A stretch of 64,000 bases of DNA, taken from NCBI GenBank assembly GCA_023213395.1, contig CM041465.1:86745741-86809740 (forward strand), given 5' to 3'. The stretch comes from Cycas panzhihuaensis. Lineage: Eukaryota > Plantae > Cycadophyta. A program made the position numbers and the translations under genes. The notes under the pieces were generated by a model, which saw nothing but the letters and a program-made list of their open reading frames with translations, had not been told where the DNA came from and searched no databases. Shown piece after piece: positions 13,561-26,492 of this stretch (position 1 is its first letter; every line of letters starts with the position of its first letter).

Positions 13561-15114
13561 TGGTCCTGAGCACGTCGAGGGACAATGAACTACTCATATA
13601 GCCAACGTACAAGCATGTTGTAGGTTGGGCCCATGATTCCATAGGTCAAAGTTATAATTAATAAGGACATTGGCCTTCGATAGCACCATAGAGGTGAGGC
13701 CCCTGATGGTAGGCTTGATATTGTCGAACGGGTTGAAGGATTGCCCCCAACTAGAGGTGGGTTGGCTGCATGAGGTATATTTCTTTTACACCTAGGGTTC
13801 CTAGGGAAATAGGTGTAGGTAAGAGGGGTTTGATCAACCTAAGTAGGTGTTTACCATGCATTAATAGTGGTTTGGGCTTGGTGAGGCATTCCCCTTTACA
13901 CTGGAGTTTCTTAATAGAAAATCATGTTCAAAGGTGTAGGAGAAGGATAAACATAGGGATGTTGAAGTGGGATTTGACCATATAGGCCCCCAAATGGAAG
14001 GGCTATCCCATATGGATGAAGCAAATTCGCATTGTATATGTGATAAGGTTGAGGCCTGACATACCCCCACTTTTTGGATATGTAGCCAACTAAGACATAT
14101 GGGGTAGGAGTACACCCCACCACAGTTTGAGTAGATTGTGGGATAAGACTTGCCATACCCCCAACAATAAATTGTTGGGGTATTGAATGAGGTGGAATAA
14201 TAGGATTTGCCCAAACCCCAAAAGGTTGGGTGATGGATGAGTGAAGTTCCAAAGTCGATAGGACAGGTGGGGTAAAATATAAGGGTAGGATCAATCTCAC
14301 ATTAGTTAAGGTAGGGGTTGATGTTGCAACTATAGCTTGAGGGGACGACATAGCGACTTGCATGGCTACCTCCTGTTGGGATTGAGATACAAATGGAGGT
14401 ACACTTGGACCGGCACTTATGACATTAAACATATGAGTGATCCAAGAAAAGTTAGGAGTAGAAGATGTTGAACCCAAAGAAAGCCCATTAAAGCATGCCT
14501 TCAATGAGGTAATGATCTTAAAGGACTTCTTCAAGGTATGAATAAGTTAGAGATATGATATGGCTACGCGTCATAGATCCTACTAGGATGTGTAGGCCAA
14601 TGGCTCAGATGAAGACATAATAAACTGCACTTGGGTGGTTCCAATAATATGTGTAGGGGATCCTACCAGATTTTGATAAATTGAATCAAGCTTGCGTGGT
14701 GGGTAAGATCTATATACTCCAATAGGGTGGTGTGGAGGAAAGGCATAAGCATCTTTGACTTTTTAGGACCACTCAGGTGTTTGGGTAGCAAAGGGGTCAA
14801 TGACTCAAAGTTGATGGGATTGCTCCACCATCGAGGTATACTTGATGGGTGAAGAGCCAAGGGATAAGGATCCAAGGGAGGAAGGCCTTGTAATCTTCGA
14901 GAATATCAAGGCATACAAGGGACTACCCTCAAAAGTAAGAGGCAAGATCAAACAAAGGGGTGCACTTGTCACCTTAGGAAGCAAACAAGATGGCAAGCAA
15001 TACTTACAAACTCAATAAGGCCGCACCAAATGAGCCACCCTAAAGTGAAGATTGAAGTGTAATATACGAGAGAAGGCTAATGGTATACCACCAACCTCCC
15101 AACTGGCAAGTTCC

Positions 15115-15128
15115 TAATAAGGTCACCA
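15115..15128 (-). other. Primer binding site of element C (TGGTGACC.., tRNA-Arg-like)
   Basis: Follows LTR end ..CAGGTTACA after a 5-nt gap; TGGCGAC-type PBS is typical of Tat/Ogre. Confidence 0.65.
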
Positions 15129-15133
15129 GAAAT

Positions 15134-18100
15134 TGTAACCTGTGAGAGAGGATGACCTCTCATACAACTCTACAAAATATCCAAGGTAAAGGAGATTCTT
15201 GCCCAATAAGGGAGAGAGCAAACTCTCTCGTAGACACTGTGTACTACTTGGACACAATCACAAAGGCAAAAACAATAGTCTAGGTCGAACAAGGGGTCAA
15301 AAGGAGAAATCAAAACACACGGTTATAATGTGGTTATATGCTTATTTGATTTCAATGCAAACAATACTCAACCTAAATTAAATGTACACCTAAGAGCTTG
15401 CAAGTTTGGAGACTCACACTAGATGCAACCCCTGTACCCTCTTTAGTCTCACTAACAAACACACCTATAAGATGCAAGTATCTTGTTTTACTTTTTTTTC
15501 TCGGTTCCCTAATTAGGATTATATGAACAAAGAGAAAAGAAAGGGACAAGCAAACTAACGTATGCACAAACAAACATAAAAGCAAGCGCTCCCTCTTTTG
15601 TTAATCTTTTCATTTTCTTTTGCTTCTATTTTTTAAGAAATAAGGGGGGGCAAAAGAAGTGTTCCACTCTCCTCCCTCTCACTTGTTCTTCTCTTTCTTT
15701 TCAAAATAGAAGTAGCAAAGAAAAACAGGGGTAAGAAATAAAGAAATTTGGAGAAGCACTTTCCTTTATTTGTTTCGTCTCTTTGAGGTAAACAAAGGAA
15801 GGTAAGAGAAATAGCCTTGTTCTTTCTGTTTTCTTGTTTTTATAATAAAGTGGATTGAAGTATAAAAGGGCCTTCTAGGCCTAAAATTGTCTTTGCTAAT
15901 TCTTTTTTAAATTAAAGATAAAATAAAAACAAATGAAAAGAAAGGGGCAAAGAGGGGTACTTTGAAATACGCTTACAACCTCAATGAAGAGTTGCCCTTC
16001 CCTCCAATGTTTCTTTCTTATAAAGCCAACTTGGTGGATGAGTTATCAAACGCCATACAAGAATGCAAAGAGAAGGAAAAAAACATCTATAGAAAATTTG
16101 ACAACATTTCGGTCTACCGAATGGACTTATGACAAAAAATAATTTCTTATTATTCTATTAATGCAGACTTTGCTAGTTTGAATGTGCCGATAGACAAAGT
16201 TGTATAAACGCAATTCAAGTAGTAGACATTATCATTGTTTATGCAACATCGACAAGAGGACCACCACCTGCCTCGTGTGCTAGTGCACACAAAGGGGACT
16301 TAGCACCGAATAACACTTATAAAAGTAGCACTTTATCTTTGTTGCCCAATGCCAACATGTTAACAAACAAGTATTTAATAAGAGAGTATTTTCCTTTCCC
16401 TTTTTTTCTCAGTTTTTTAATTTTTATTTACTTCTGTAACATGGCATAGAGTAAATATTCATGCACAAAGTCAATTAGAGGTGCTTATTGGCATAATGAA
16501 AATGCAAGAAATTGATAAAAAGGGGATTAGAAAGGTAATATCTTGAGGAACAATGTCAAAAGTTTTTGCAATCTTCCCTTCTCCATACACAACTCTCGAC
16601 CTCAATGAAATAACAAATATGCACTCAAAAGATTTTAAGTGAATTCCGACAACATAACAACTAGTCCAATCGCTTTCTGATGATTTTTTTAAAAAAAATC
16701 TTAAAAGACTTCAAATTGCTAGAAAACATGAGTTGAGATGAAGTATATCTTGAAGTATCTCATGGGGAATATTAAGTAAAATTTTCTCTACCCTATAAGC
16801 ACCAAACAATTTTAAAAAATAGAGAGAGAGAGAGAGGGAGAGAAAAGAAGAGGAGAAAATGAAGTTCCAAGTTTTATGTTCCCACTACCCACAAATAAAA
16901 GCCTTGAAAAGCTCCTTTTACCTGCCAGGTTAACTACAATAAAGCATCTATATCTATCTATCTATCTATCTATCTATAACAAGGAAAAAAAATAAATTAT
17001 GAATAATATTTAAATAAACTAGTTTATCAACAAAAATAAATGGAAAATAAAAGGATGAACCTCAAAAATAGCAAACATGTCACCAATCAAAGGGCCCTAA
17101 AACACCAACCAAACACCCCAAAAGAGCTCTTAAGCACATCCAAGGTGGAAAATTGGTATGCAAACATGTAGCAAAGAGGAAAATGTAATAAGAACAATAA
17201 TTAATTAAATGAGCCAAATGACTATGAAAATGCATACATCTCATGAACATCAATCACGATGTGAAAGAGATTCTAAAAAACTTTTGGCAACAATTCAACA
17301 ACATAACAATGCAAAAATTTTCCTCCCCTTTCTCGTGGAAAGTGAAAGGTATGAATAAATTTGTCAAGGGGTTGCCTTAGTGGGTTAAGGGCTCATGGTT
17401 TCTATGAAACCATAAATGTACATCTAGTCCATGGAATTGAATGTGTGTAAAATCCAATGTGGTAAAGCCAACAATTGAAATACAAAACCATGGATTTGGG
17501 AGTGGTTTTTAAAAATTATGTAAAGCTTAGGACCTGCAACAATAAATTTTGGATACCTCCTATTATAGGTGCAATTAATTTGAATGGCTCAAAATGGAAG
17601 AAATGGCCTTTATTTTGAAGCGAATGCTACCTGCGATTTTGCAATGGGTTGATGTTGCCCCATTGTAAAAAATAAAATCAAAGAGACCATACCATTGTGA
17701 TTTTTTTAATAGTATAAGGTCTACCCCGTTAAGAAAATAACATGAAGACAGAGCCATAATGTGACAATTTTTACAATGGGACGAGTGTGTTCCACTGTAA
17801 AAAAAAATAGAATGGGGCAGAGAACACAATAGGACAGAGCAAAAGTGGCTAAAAAAGGCGTCAATGACCAATAATTAATTAACATTAATGAAAAAAAGGG
17901 AAAAATAGTCCCAAAAAGGGGGTGGAAGTGCTCATGAAAGTACTTAAAAGGTTCTCTGAATATAAGGGACCCAAGTGAACAAGCAATAAATGCCACTGAG
18001 CATAATTAGGATCATCATAAAGTAATAAAAGTGAGCACACTTATCATCACATCACAAGTAAGATCAAGTAGCATTTACAAGCATATAATCATAAAAATAA

Positions 18101-18188
18101 ATAATCAAATTATAAATAAAAGCAATGAATGCATACTTAACTCACTTGTATGATCGATGAGTGTTGAATTCCTAGATGGTAGGAAATT
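15134..18188 (-). repeat. 5' LTR of element C (~3 kb)
   Basis: Ends ..GGTTACA before the PBS; its start aligns with the start of the 3' LTR at 6909. Confidence 0.7.
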
Positions 18189-18189
18189 G

Positions 18190-20692
18190 ATACATTCAAC
18201 AAAAACTTTTACTTTCAAACCATCTCTTTTCCTATCAAGCTTGGGTTTCTCTAAGTGCCAATCTGATATATTCTTACTTAATTATTTATCCTTCTTTATA
18301 ACTATTCAAACTTAACCTCATCAATGAGTACAGTGGGATAGAGTAGACAAAAAATCTTTTGAAAATTATTTGGCAAAAGATTATAAATTACTTGGCTATT
18401 TGTGTTAATGATAATTCTCTCTCCCAGATTGAGGTACTGGAAAAGTAGGCAAACCAACTTGGGGCAAGGAAAAACTAGAAGAACAAAATCTATATATGTC
18501 AAGCCACTTTGCCATAGATCACTTTTAACATCCCTATTTGCTTTAAAAGTCTTCCAAGCCTGCATTTTGCAACTAGTACCAGTGTTATCAATCATTAACA
18601 TTATTGTAAATATTTCTATATACTTTAGAATTGTGAAGAGAGTACAATTCAACTTCATAGGTTCTTCAAAGACTCCCTCTAGGAAATGTTATGTTCTTCA
18701 CTATTGTTTATGTCATGAATGATGCAAAGAATGAAGAAGAAAAAATTTGTTAATCTAGCACTCAACAAAGTTGCCACCTTAAACGCTTAAATTTTAATTA
18801 ACCATTTAATCCTTTATCAAATCCCAATTTAATGCATCGTCAAACTACCAGATAATCTTGATTTATCATAGTAGCTTATAACAATTTTGCAAATGTTTAA
18901 ATCTAATAGCCAATGTTACTTTGCACCTTCACTAGCAACATTACCTCCTTAGATTGTAGCAACAAAATAATCTCTATTGATGGCAATTGGGCCAATTAAA
19001 TCAAAGGAGGGCATGGCATACATAATAATACTAGAAGGATTAAAGTATTCACATAATTGAGATTGCACAGTCATACCTCCTATTTTAACAAAAACTAAAA
19101 GTACATACTTTGAAGTAGAAATTGAGCCATTATAGGTTTCTATGGATAATGACATCGACATATTATTCCATAGCCTCTTAAGGAGTTGAGGTCCAACCAT
19201 ATTTAAAGTGGTTATTGGGTCACAAAATGCATCCACCTTCTGCCATGAATTATTTACAAAGATCTATACTAGAATGTAAAGACAAGTATTGATTTTGACC
19301 ATCTTTTTTAATATCTTTAACTCTTCTCCTAATGGTGGTAGTACTAATGAGTCAAGACTAATTATTGCAACATTTAGAATCACCTTCTGCCATGAATTAT
19401 TTACAAAGATCTATACTAGAATGTAAAGACAAGTCTTGATTTTGACCATCTTTTTTAATATCTTTAACTCTTCTCCTAATGGTGGTAGTACTAATGAGTC
19501 AAGACTAATTATTGCAACATTTAGAATAGACCATTTCAAACTTGTTCATTTCAATGGTTTAATTAGTGTCACTTGTGACCAATTCTTTGGAATAAATGGC
19601 ACATCTGTCGATTTCAATTGCTTCTTTGACCTCATTAGGAAAAAATAACACAAAATATCTTATGCTCATGAGGGGAGGGAGCATCTAATAGCTCATCGCT
19701 AAACTCTTTTGTCTTCAATGAGAATGTATAAATGTACAATTCACTATCACAACTGTCAATTCTATCAATTAATTGACAATCTTAAGTGGATTTCTACTAT
19801 TTTTTTTGTTTTAAGGTAAATATATATCATTAAATCAAAAAACCAATTGCAATACAATATGGGTGATGTGTTCATTAGGTCAATGGGCACATCAACTTAT
19901 TTCCAACAAGTGGTGCCTTTCTTCAACCATACCTTTGGCTGTATCATTGATTAGCTCTTGAGTGGCTTTCTTAATAGTCAAAAATATTTTAACTTTGTTT
20001 AATGCCTTACGAGGGCAATTTCTAGCATAATGCCCTTTTTGGGAAATAAATAAAACAACAATCTTTTAGGACTAACCTAGAATCAGATTTATGTTTCTTG
20101 AGATAGTAATACCTTAGAAAAGGTCTTCTTGGATTGGACACTCTTTGAAGTCGACCTTTTATAATGTTTCTTGGGACAACTCTTGGCAAAGCAAGGAAAA
20201 AATTCTTTGTGGCATTTTTTACTAAGAAGTGTAGTAGGTTGTTGTGTTTTTATTGCCAATAAAGCTATTTAATTTCTACCTGCACTTGTTAATAATATTA
20301 ACAAAAAAATCATCAATGTTTATATTGACTTTTCATATCTTATAGTTTTAGATTTCACAAATTATTTGGAAGACTCATTGGAAATCTAATTTTGCCATGA
20401 GGACCATGATGTAATAATGACTTCTAAATTTCCATTTAAATAATCATTAACATAAGACTCAAATTAATTTAAATCTTGTCAAGCAATTATATAACATATT
20501 TTTTTAAATAAGAAAGATATGAACCGGTTGGTAATCAATAGTACTACTACATAAAGACCAAAGTTCACCACTTGACCTTTTTTACTATACTTCCACTAGT
20601 CCACTATTGATAAACAAAACCAATCATTTGTCTTTTGACATATATACAAATATGTGACCATTTGTGAGATTAACATCTTACTGAAAATTTTA
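18190..20692 (-). mobile_element. Endogenous caulimovirid, 3' part (capsid Zn knuckle, aspartic protease, RNase H tail, ORF2-like region)
   Basis: CCFI..QKGHYARNCPRK knuckle ~20010-20065; LYILV*IFVNNSWQKVDAFCD protease ~18950-19300; KFKRLRWQL ~18765-18800; very AT-rich, K-rich codons. Confidence 0.6.
19234..19527. repeat. 147-bp tandem duplication
   Basis: 19234-19380 and 19381-19527 are identical except for one substitution seen (GTATT/GTCTT). Confidence 0.95.
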
Positions 20693-21057
20693 TGAAGGAA
20701 TAAAAATGATGGAGACAGAGCATAGCGTAATCAAATAATCAAAATATTATAACTTAAACACAATAAACCTTTGTATTCAATCCATGTTTGAGTAAGTACA
20801 TAGTAAATTTCTAATATAGACGTTGTCTAAAGATACCAGGGTTACACACCCCTCCAAATATATTATTTGGAAAATGAAAGAAACTTCTCAACCCCTAAAA
20901 TTCAAACAACAATAAAATATTACATAACTCAAAAACTTAATTCAAATCAACTTTAACCTTACATGACTTACCTTCACATGTATACTCTCACATGTGTGAA
21001 AGGTGGGAATGGGGTATGCACTCACATGTGTAAAAGGTGGGAGTGAGATGATAATCA

Positions 21058-21792
21058 TTAAACCCCAACATTCTTTCCCTTAATGGCCATCACGAATAAC
21101 TTTGTCTTCTTTTTAAACTTGCGCAATTTGAATTTGAAAAAAACTTTAAATATTTGTCTTTTAGTTTGATCATTATTAATTCGGCTCATCATTTTAACAA
21201 AGTGTGTCTCTTTACCATTGAGTAGTTCAAAAAATCTCCAATTAAATGTAGTTTGATTTGAATAAAGGTGAACGGATGCAACTCTAATTTTATCTTCTAG
21301 AACTTTGACTTTGTCTTCTGAAGTCTTTGTGTTGTAAGTAACTATCATATCATAAGATTTCTCCCCCTCAAATGGATGATCAACTTCTCGTGCAATAAAA
21401 TGATCATGCATTTGACTTGAATTTTCCTCCCTGGTCTTTCTATCACAATTAACCCGCTCTGGCACCTGTCTTACATACTCAATAATATAAATGTTAAATT
21501 CATTTACATTGATAGTTTCTCCTCCATAAATGGAATCCAAAATGTCCCATACTGATTTGGGAGTTGTCATTTCACAAACTTTAGAAAAAATATTATCATC
21601 TATAGTGCAAAATAGTAAGGATAAGACTTCATTATCTTTTTTAATATCTTCTTTAATATTAAAATCATATCCATCTTGTAAGTATTTCCAAAGATCATTT
21701 GTAATAAAATAATTTTACATTGTTTTATACCAATGTGAAAAATTATGGTCATCAAATATAGAGAATTGTATTTTATTTAGATTGATTGTCAT
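21058..21792 (-). pseudogene. Copia gag (DUF4219/UBN2-like) remnant
   Basis: FDDHNFSHWYKTM*NYFITNDLWKYLQDG..KKDNEVLSLLFCTIDDNIFSKVCEMTTPKSVWDILDSIYGG. Confidence 0.8.
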
Positions 21793-24027
21793 TTGTATAG
21801 AAACTTTACTACATAATAAAAAATGATGAACTTTTTGCACTTCTCAACAAAATGTGTGCATTTAGAAGGAATCAAAGAACTTAGTAAATCAATAAACTTA
21901 TATAATTTCAAATATACTCTTTGAAAGAACTATGCAAATAATCACAATGCCCTTAAAAGTAAAAAATGTCTTTGAAAAGTAAAACATATTATCGACTAGA
22001 TGCAACTTTTATAAGTGCAACAAGTGAATAAACTCTTTAATAATGATAAATAGAAAAAATGTTTTTGATAAGTGTATGTCTTTAGAATATACTTTAAAAT
22101 ATGTCTTTTAGATATACTTTGAAATATAATGAATATATGAGCAAATTTGGAAAGTAGCTAAGATCTTTTAAACATGCATATCTGAAATAAATGTTTAGAT
22201 AAAGAATAATAGAATAAAATTCTAAGCTTTTTTATTTTTCAAATAAATAAGCACTCAATTTGAACAAAGAACAACTTTCTTTTTCAATGCAAAAAATCTT
22301 TTTATCTTGATGAAGATACATATAATGTTAAAAATCTAAAATATATATGTATATTTTCACTTTAGAAATATCAAAGATGAAAAAGAAACTTCCAACAAAA
22401 AACAAATTGTACTCATTTTAAGTTGTAGGACCAGTTGGCTTGTCACTTGCTTTAGATGTATGTGATTAATTTCTGCTACAAATCAACTTAAAAAATGCTA
22501 TATGAAAGTCAAATGAAAGCCTTAAACATATATTATAAGTTATCAATAAGAAATAAAATAAAGAACTCCTTAAAAAATGTTTAGAAAACAAGCATGTTGA
22601 AATATCTTAAATGCTCAAATTGAGCTGCGTCAAAATTGTACTAAACAATGTCAAAATAAGATAAAATTACACCAATCTGAAGATCAATGAAATATCTATT
22701 TAACGAAACTAACCGTTTTGAAAACATGTTCCTGCAAATCAAGATTTAATGTACCAAAGATGTAGTCGTCCTTTTGAGGCTTAATGGAATCTTAAAGCTC
22801 AAAATATTATAAAATGCTAGTAAAAAATTTGTAGAAGAATGTAAAATGATCAAATATAGTTTAGAAAGCTGCTTAATATATTTTTCAGTTAAAAACTTTG
22901 AGAAATAATGTATAAAAATATGCAATAATGATAAATTGAAAGTTGTTATATACGTCAACTTTGATAGCTTAGAGCACATGCAAAATAGATTCAAAATGAA
23001 ATAAAAATAACTTAAAATTATAGATCTCTAAAAAACCTTTTACCAGAATCAGACGATATTCAATTCTAAGCTATGAAACTCAAGATATTAAAAAAACTGT
23101 AAAAAAGTGTCATGCCAAGGTTAATAATATAAACAACAAAATTAAGGTCAACTTTGACATACTCAAACCTATAAGATAATTAGTCAAATCAAGCAAAAGA
23201 TACCTTCAGGCAGTAGTGCTCTGAATCAGGATTCTAACGAATCTTACAGTTTAGAAATCTGATTTCCGATTGAAGAGATACAATTGAAAATATAAGTAGA
23301 ACTCTTTATGTAAATATGTTAAAAAACACTAAAATATCACCTTCACAGATTAAAATAATGATTAAAACAAATCCTAAAAAATAAAATGAGTAGATGGTGA
23401 TGAAGTTTGCTGAAAATACATTGATGCGGAGTAGATTCGGATAAAAAATAATCTCTCGGTGATAAAGTATAATCTGATAAAAAAATAATTTTGCAATAAT
23501 AACTCAAAAGGCGTTGAAAAAAATAATTGACTTTCAACTGATTAGAAACAGGTCAAATTAGCTCTGAATATGGCAAATAACCAGTCGAAATTATACCTCA
23601 AAAAATTCTAGACTCAACGGGACAGGTTTCATCAAAATCTAATACTCCAATCAAGAGATATAGCAAAAATTAGCCAGGTACCTTATGTTTTAATGAAAAA
23701 TTAAAAAAAATAAAAAGAAAAATAATTGTAAAATTAAGAGGCCCCTTTAGCAATGAGCCAAAAGGTCACATAGAAGAGGTAGGTGACCGGGAGCTTAAGA
23801 CTAAAGGGGGTTGGTACCCTTTACACGCAGATTTCAAATTATATACAATATAATTTAATTTTTAAAAACTTTATAAAAAAACAAAAAATGAAATATGACG
23901 AAATAATCACCTGATAACCGACGACTAACAGAAGAAGAAATTTGATCGACAAAACTGGCGACGGCGGTTGTTGAATGATGATTTGGTGGAGAATGCTTCA
24001 GAGCTACGACTGCAGTATCTCTTCTAG

Positions 24028-24205
24028 TTTTCCACGAAGAGAGTAATTGCAGATTGAAAAGCTCGACGCCCAACTCCACGGGAATCGTTCCCATCAAATG
24101 GTTGTCGTACAAACCCAATTCGAAGATAGCAGTGCAGTTGGAGAGGGGCAGTGGAATGTGTCCGCTCAGATGATTCTCGGTAATCCAAAGGGACTGTAGA
24201 TAGAA
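24028..24205 (-). pseudogene. Captured fragment of LRR receptor-like kinase/protein ectodomain
   Basis: LQSLWITENHLSGHIPLPLSNCTAIFELGLYDNHLMGTIPVELGVELFNLQLL equals two plant extracellular LRR units (LxxLxLxxNxLSGxIP). Confidence 0.85.
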
Positions 24206-24959
24206 TGGCGTGCCTTGCATCTGTTTTTCACCGTAGCAGTAGTTGCCAAGATGTTGGACGTACCATATAAGTTCTGTGTCTCGCGTATGTATTTCATCGA
24301 TGAGTACCGTATATTCAACACTCTCTCACAGGCATCAAACGTCAGATGATCGAAGCTCATGCATTCGCAGAGAGTATGTAAGGATTTCGTTTAGTATTGG
24401 TGGGACACAGTATGCTTTGACGATGAATTGCTATATATGTGTTGTGTGTGGTATTTATGGTGCAATGACTGTTTGTGTGACACTTGTATCGTCTCTTTTG
24501 ATGCAGTTGGGTTACAGATGCAGAATTAGTTTAACTATCAGAATCACGTTTGTATCGTAAGTATTCCGTAACAAATTATATATGATATTCCAATACCATT
24601 GAAAAAGATAAAATGTTTAACTCAAGGGAAGGTGCGGCAGGCTATGATCACTGAAACCTAGACTTCAATGCCCTCAATCTGAGGCTTGCGATGCTTTCCA
24701 CGATTATCGAATGCAGTCATTAGATCAGTCGCATTTGAAGGCCAGCCTCCAGGTGATAATGAATAGTTGATATATGGCCTGGCCTATTCTCAGTCACAAA
24801 CCCGGGATGTCGTACTTCAAATAATTCAATAATAAGGTGAAGGCCCCTGTGGGAGTTAGGGCTCAGCGATGGCAAGCGACCAAGTCAAATCATAAAAGCA
24901 AAGGAATCAGGGGGAGACAGACGAGTTCAAGGGTTTGGATTATAAGAGGATTTACGGTA

Positions 24960-25180
24960 ACATGCAGAAGAAAGAGTCCAAAACACTATTTCAAACGCAC
25001 AGGCAAGCACTGTACGCTGCCTAGATTACTTTAAAAAATAAAATTAAGAGGATGAAGAACATCAACGGGGTGAAGGCCAAGGACATGTTCATGTGGATTC
25101 CTGTTAATGAAATTTTTGTTGACGATAAAATTTCTGCTAAGATTCACTTCAAGAGCATTGTCGACCTTTCTAGGTCGTAA
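24960..25180 (+). pseudogene. Captured fragment of a DUF538-family gene
   Basis: QKKESKHYFKRTGKH..(frameshift)..RMKNINGVKAKDMFMWIPVNEIFVDDKISAKIHFKSIVDLSRS matches the DUF538 C-terminal pattern. Confidence 0.75.
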
Positions 25181-26376
25181 GAATTACAAACAAACACGAT
25201 TGATTCACACAAATATGTATAGAAATATATATAAAGATATAAATATCAGATCCAAATCAAACACAATAGACGATTCCAAATCTTATAAATATATTAAAGA
25301 AGATATATCAAATAAATAAGAAATATATATATATAGTTATATCTGAATAGAAAAAATATGAAGAACCTAGTAATGCAGTTGTAACAGGTTTGTAGCAGAT
25401 TGACTTCCGATGACAAGATCTTCTTCCACACAAGGCGAAATTTCGAACCGATTTCTCTAGTAGACAGATGGGCTTGATAGGATTCCAACAAGCAATCATA
25501 TGCAACAATTTTGCCAGATTTTTTCAGTGGGCAGATCAGCTTGTCAAGATTCCAACAAGCAGTCATATGCAACAGTTTTGCCAGATGTATGAGGAGCTAG
25601 ATCACATAAACAGTTATCAACTAACCATTTGCCAAAATATGAAAAAAATAGTGAATAGACAATAAAACCTGTAGTATAACTTCTGCAGGAACTTTTAAAA
25701 TTTGAATATGCACCAAATATTACATAGATCTTAAAAAAATATTGAATAAATAGACAAAATACACCAGAAATTGTCAAATATTTAACAAAATATGTAAAAC
25801 TTGTTAATAAAACTTCGTAGAGTGATAAAATCTTGAATATTTGCTGATTGCAACTGTGCTCTTGCACAAATCTATGAAAATATGTGTTATTTTACAAAAA
25901 TAAATCAAGAATAATTAGATCTCTGATAAAAAATAATACAAGAAGTTGCTAATAAACTTTACAAAAAAGGAATATAACCAATATTGGTTTGTTGTAAATA
26001 GATCTGCTTCAGATGTTAATGAGTCTTCTTTATTCTAAAAAAAAAAACTTCAAATGAAGGTACAACAGGCTAACAATATAAACTCTAATACCAAATGAAG
26101 AAGTAAAAATGATGGAGACAAAGCAGAGCATAATCAAATAATCAAAATATTGTAACATAAACACAATAAGCCCTTGTATTCAATCCATCTGTGAGTGAGT
26201 ACATAGCAAATTTCCAATATAAGCGGTGTCGAAAAACACCAAGATTACACACCCCTCCAAATATATAATTTGGGGGAAGAGGGAAACTCCTCAACACCTA
26301 AAATTCAAACAACAATAAAATATTACATAACTTAACAACTTAACTCAAATCAACTTTAACCTTACCTGACTTACCT

Positions 26377-26473
26377 TCACATGTGTGAAAAGTGGGAGTG
26401 GAGTGTGCACTCACATGTGTGAAAAGTGGAAGTGGAGTGTGCACTCACATGTGTGAAAAGTGGGAGTGGAGTG
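26377..26473. repeat. 34-bp tandem repeat (~3 copies) in LTR U3 with CACATGTG core
   Basis: TCACATGTGTGAAAAGTGGGAGTGGAGTGTGCAC repeated; about two copies in the sister LTR at ~20987-21048. Confidence 0.9.
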
Positions 26474-26492
26474 ATGATCATTAACCCCAACA

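Larger units (their letters stand above)
6410..18188 (-). mobile_element. Tat-type gypsy LTR retrotransposon 'C' (5'LTR-PBS-gag-PR-[no RT/RH/INT core]-INT tail-antisense PMD-aRH-PPT-partial 3'LTR)
   Basis: Homologous LTR segments ~6440-6909 and ~17720-18188; PBS and PPT present; gag, protease, PMD and aRH remnants listed separately. Confidence 0.8.
20693..26492 (-). mobile_element. Non-autonomous Copia-type LTR retrotransposon carrying host gene fragments
   Basis: LTRs 26096-26492 and 20693-21070 (TGTTGGGG...TTCA); PBS TGGTATTAGAGTT 26081-26093; purine tract AAGGGAAAGAA before the 3' LTR; flanks TTTTA/ATTTA (TSD, 1 mismatch); gag remnant only. Confidence 0.88.

Noticed and set aside
13861-14996. 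Long Pro/Ser-rich ORFs as host genes or an Ogre-like ORF1
   Set aside because: They lie between PBS and gag core of element C and are best explained as the low-complexity gag N-terminal region.
25460-25590. Duplicated segment translating as LHMTACWNLDKL, reminiscent of NLR LRRs
   Set aside because: Too short and out of LRR register; treated only as an imperfect ~67-bp repeat within the LTR element.
26377-26473. CRISPR-like repeat array
   Set aside because: Head-to-tail repeats without spacers, inside a eukaryotic LTR.
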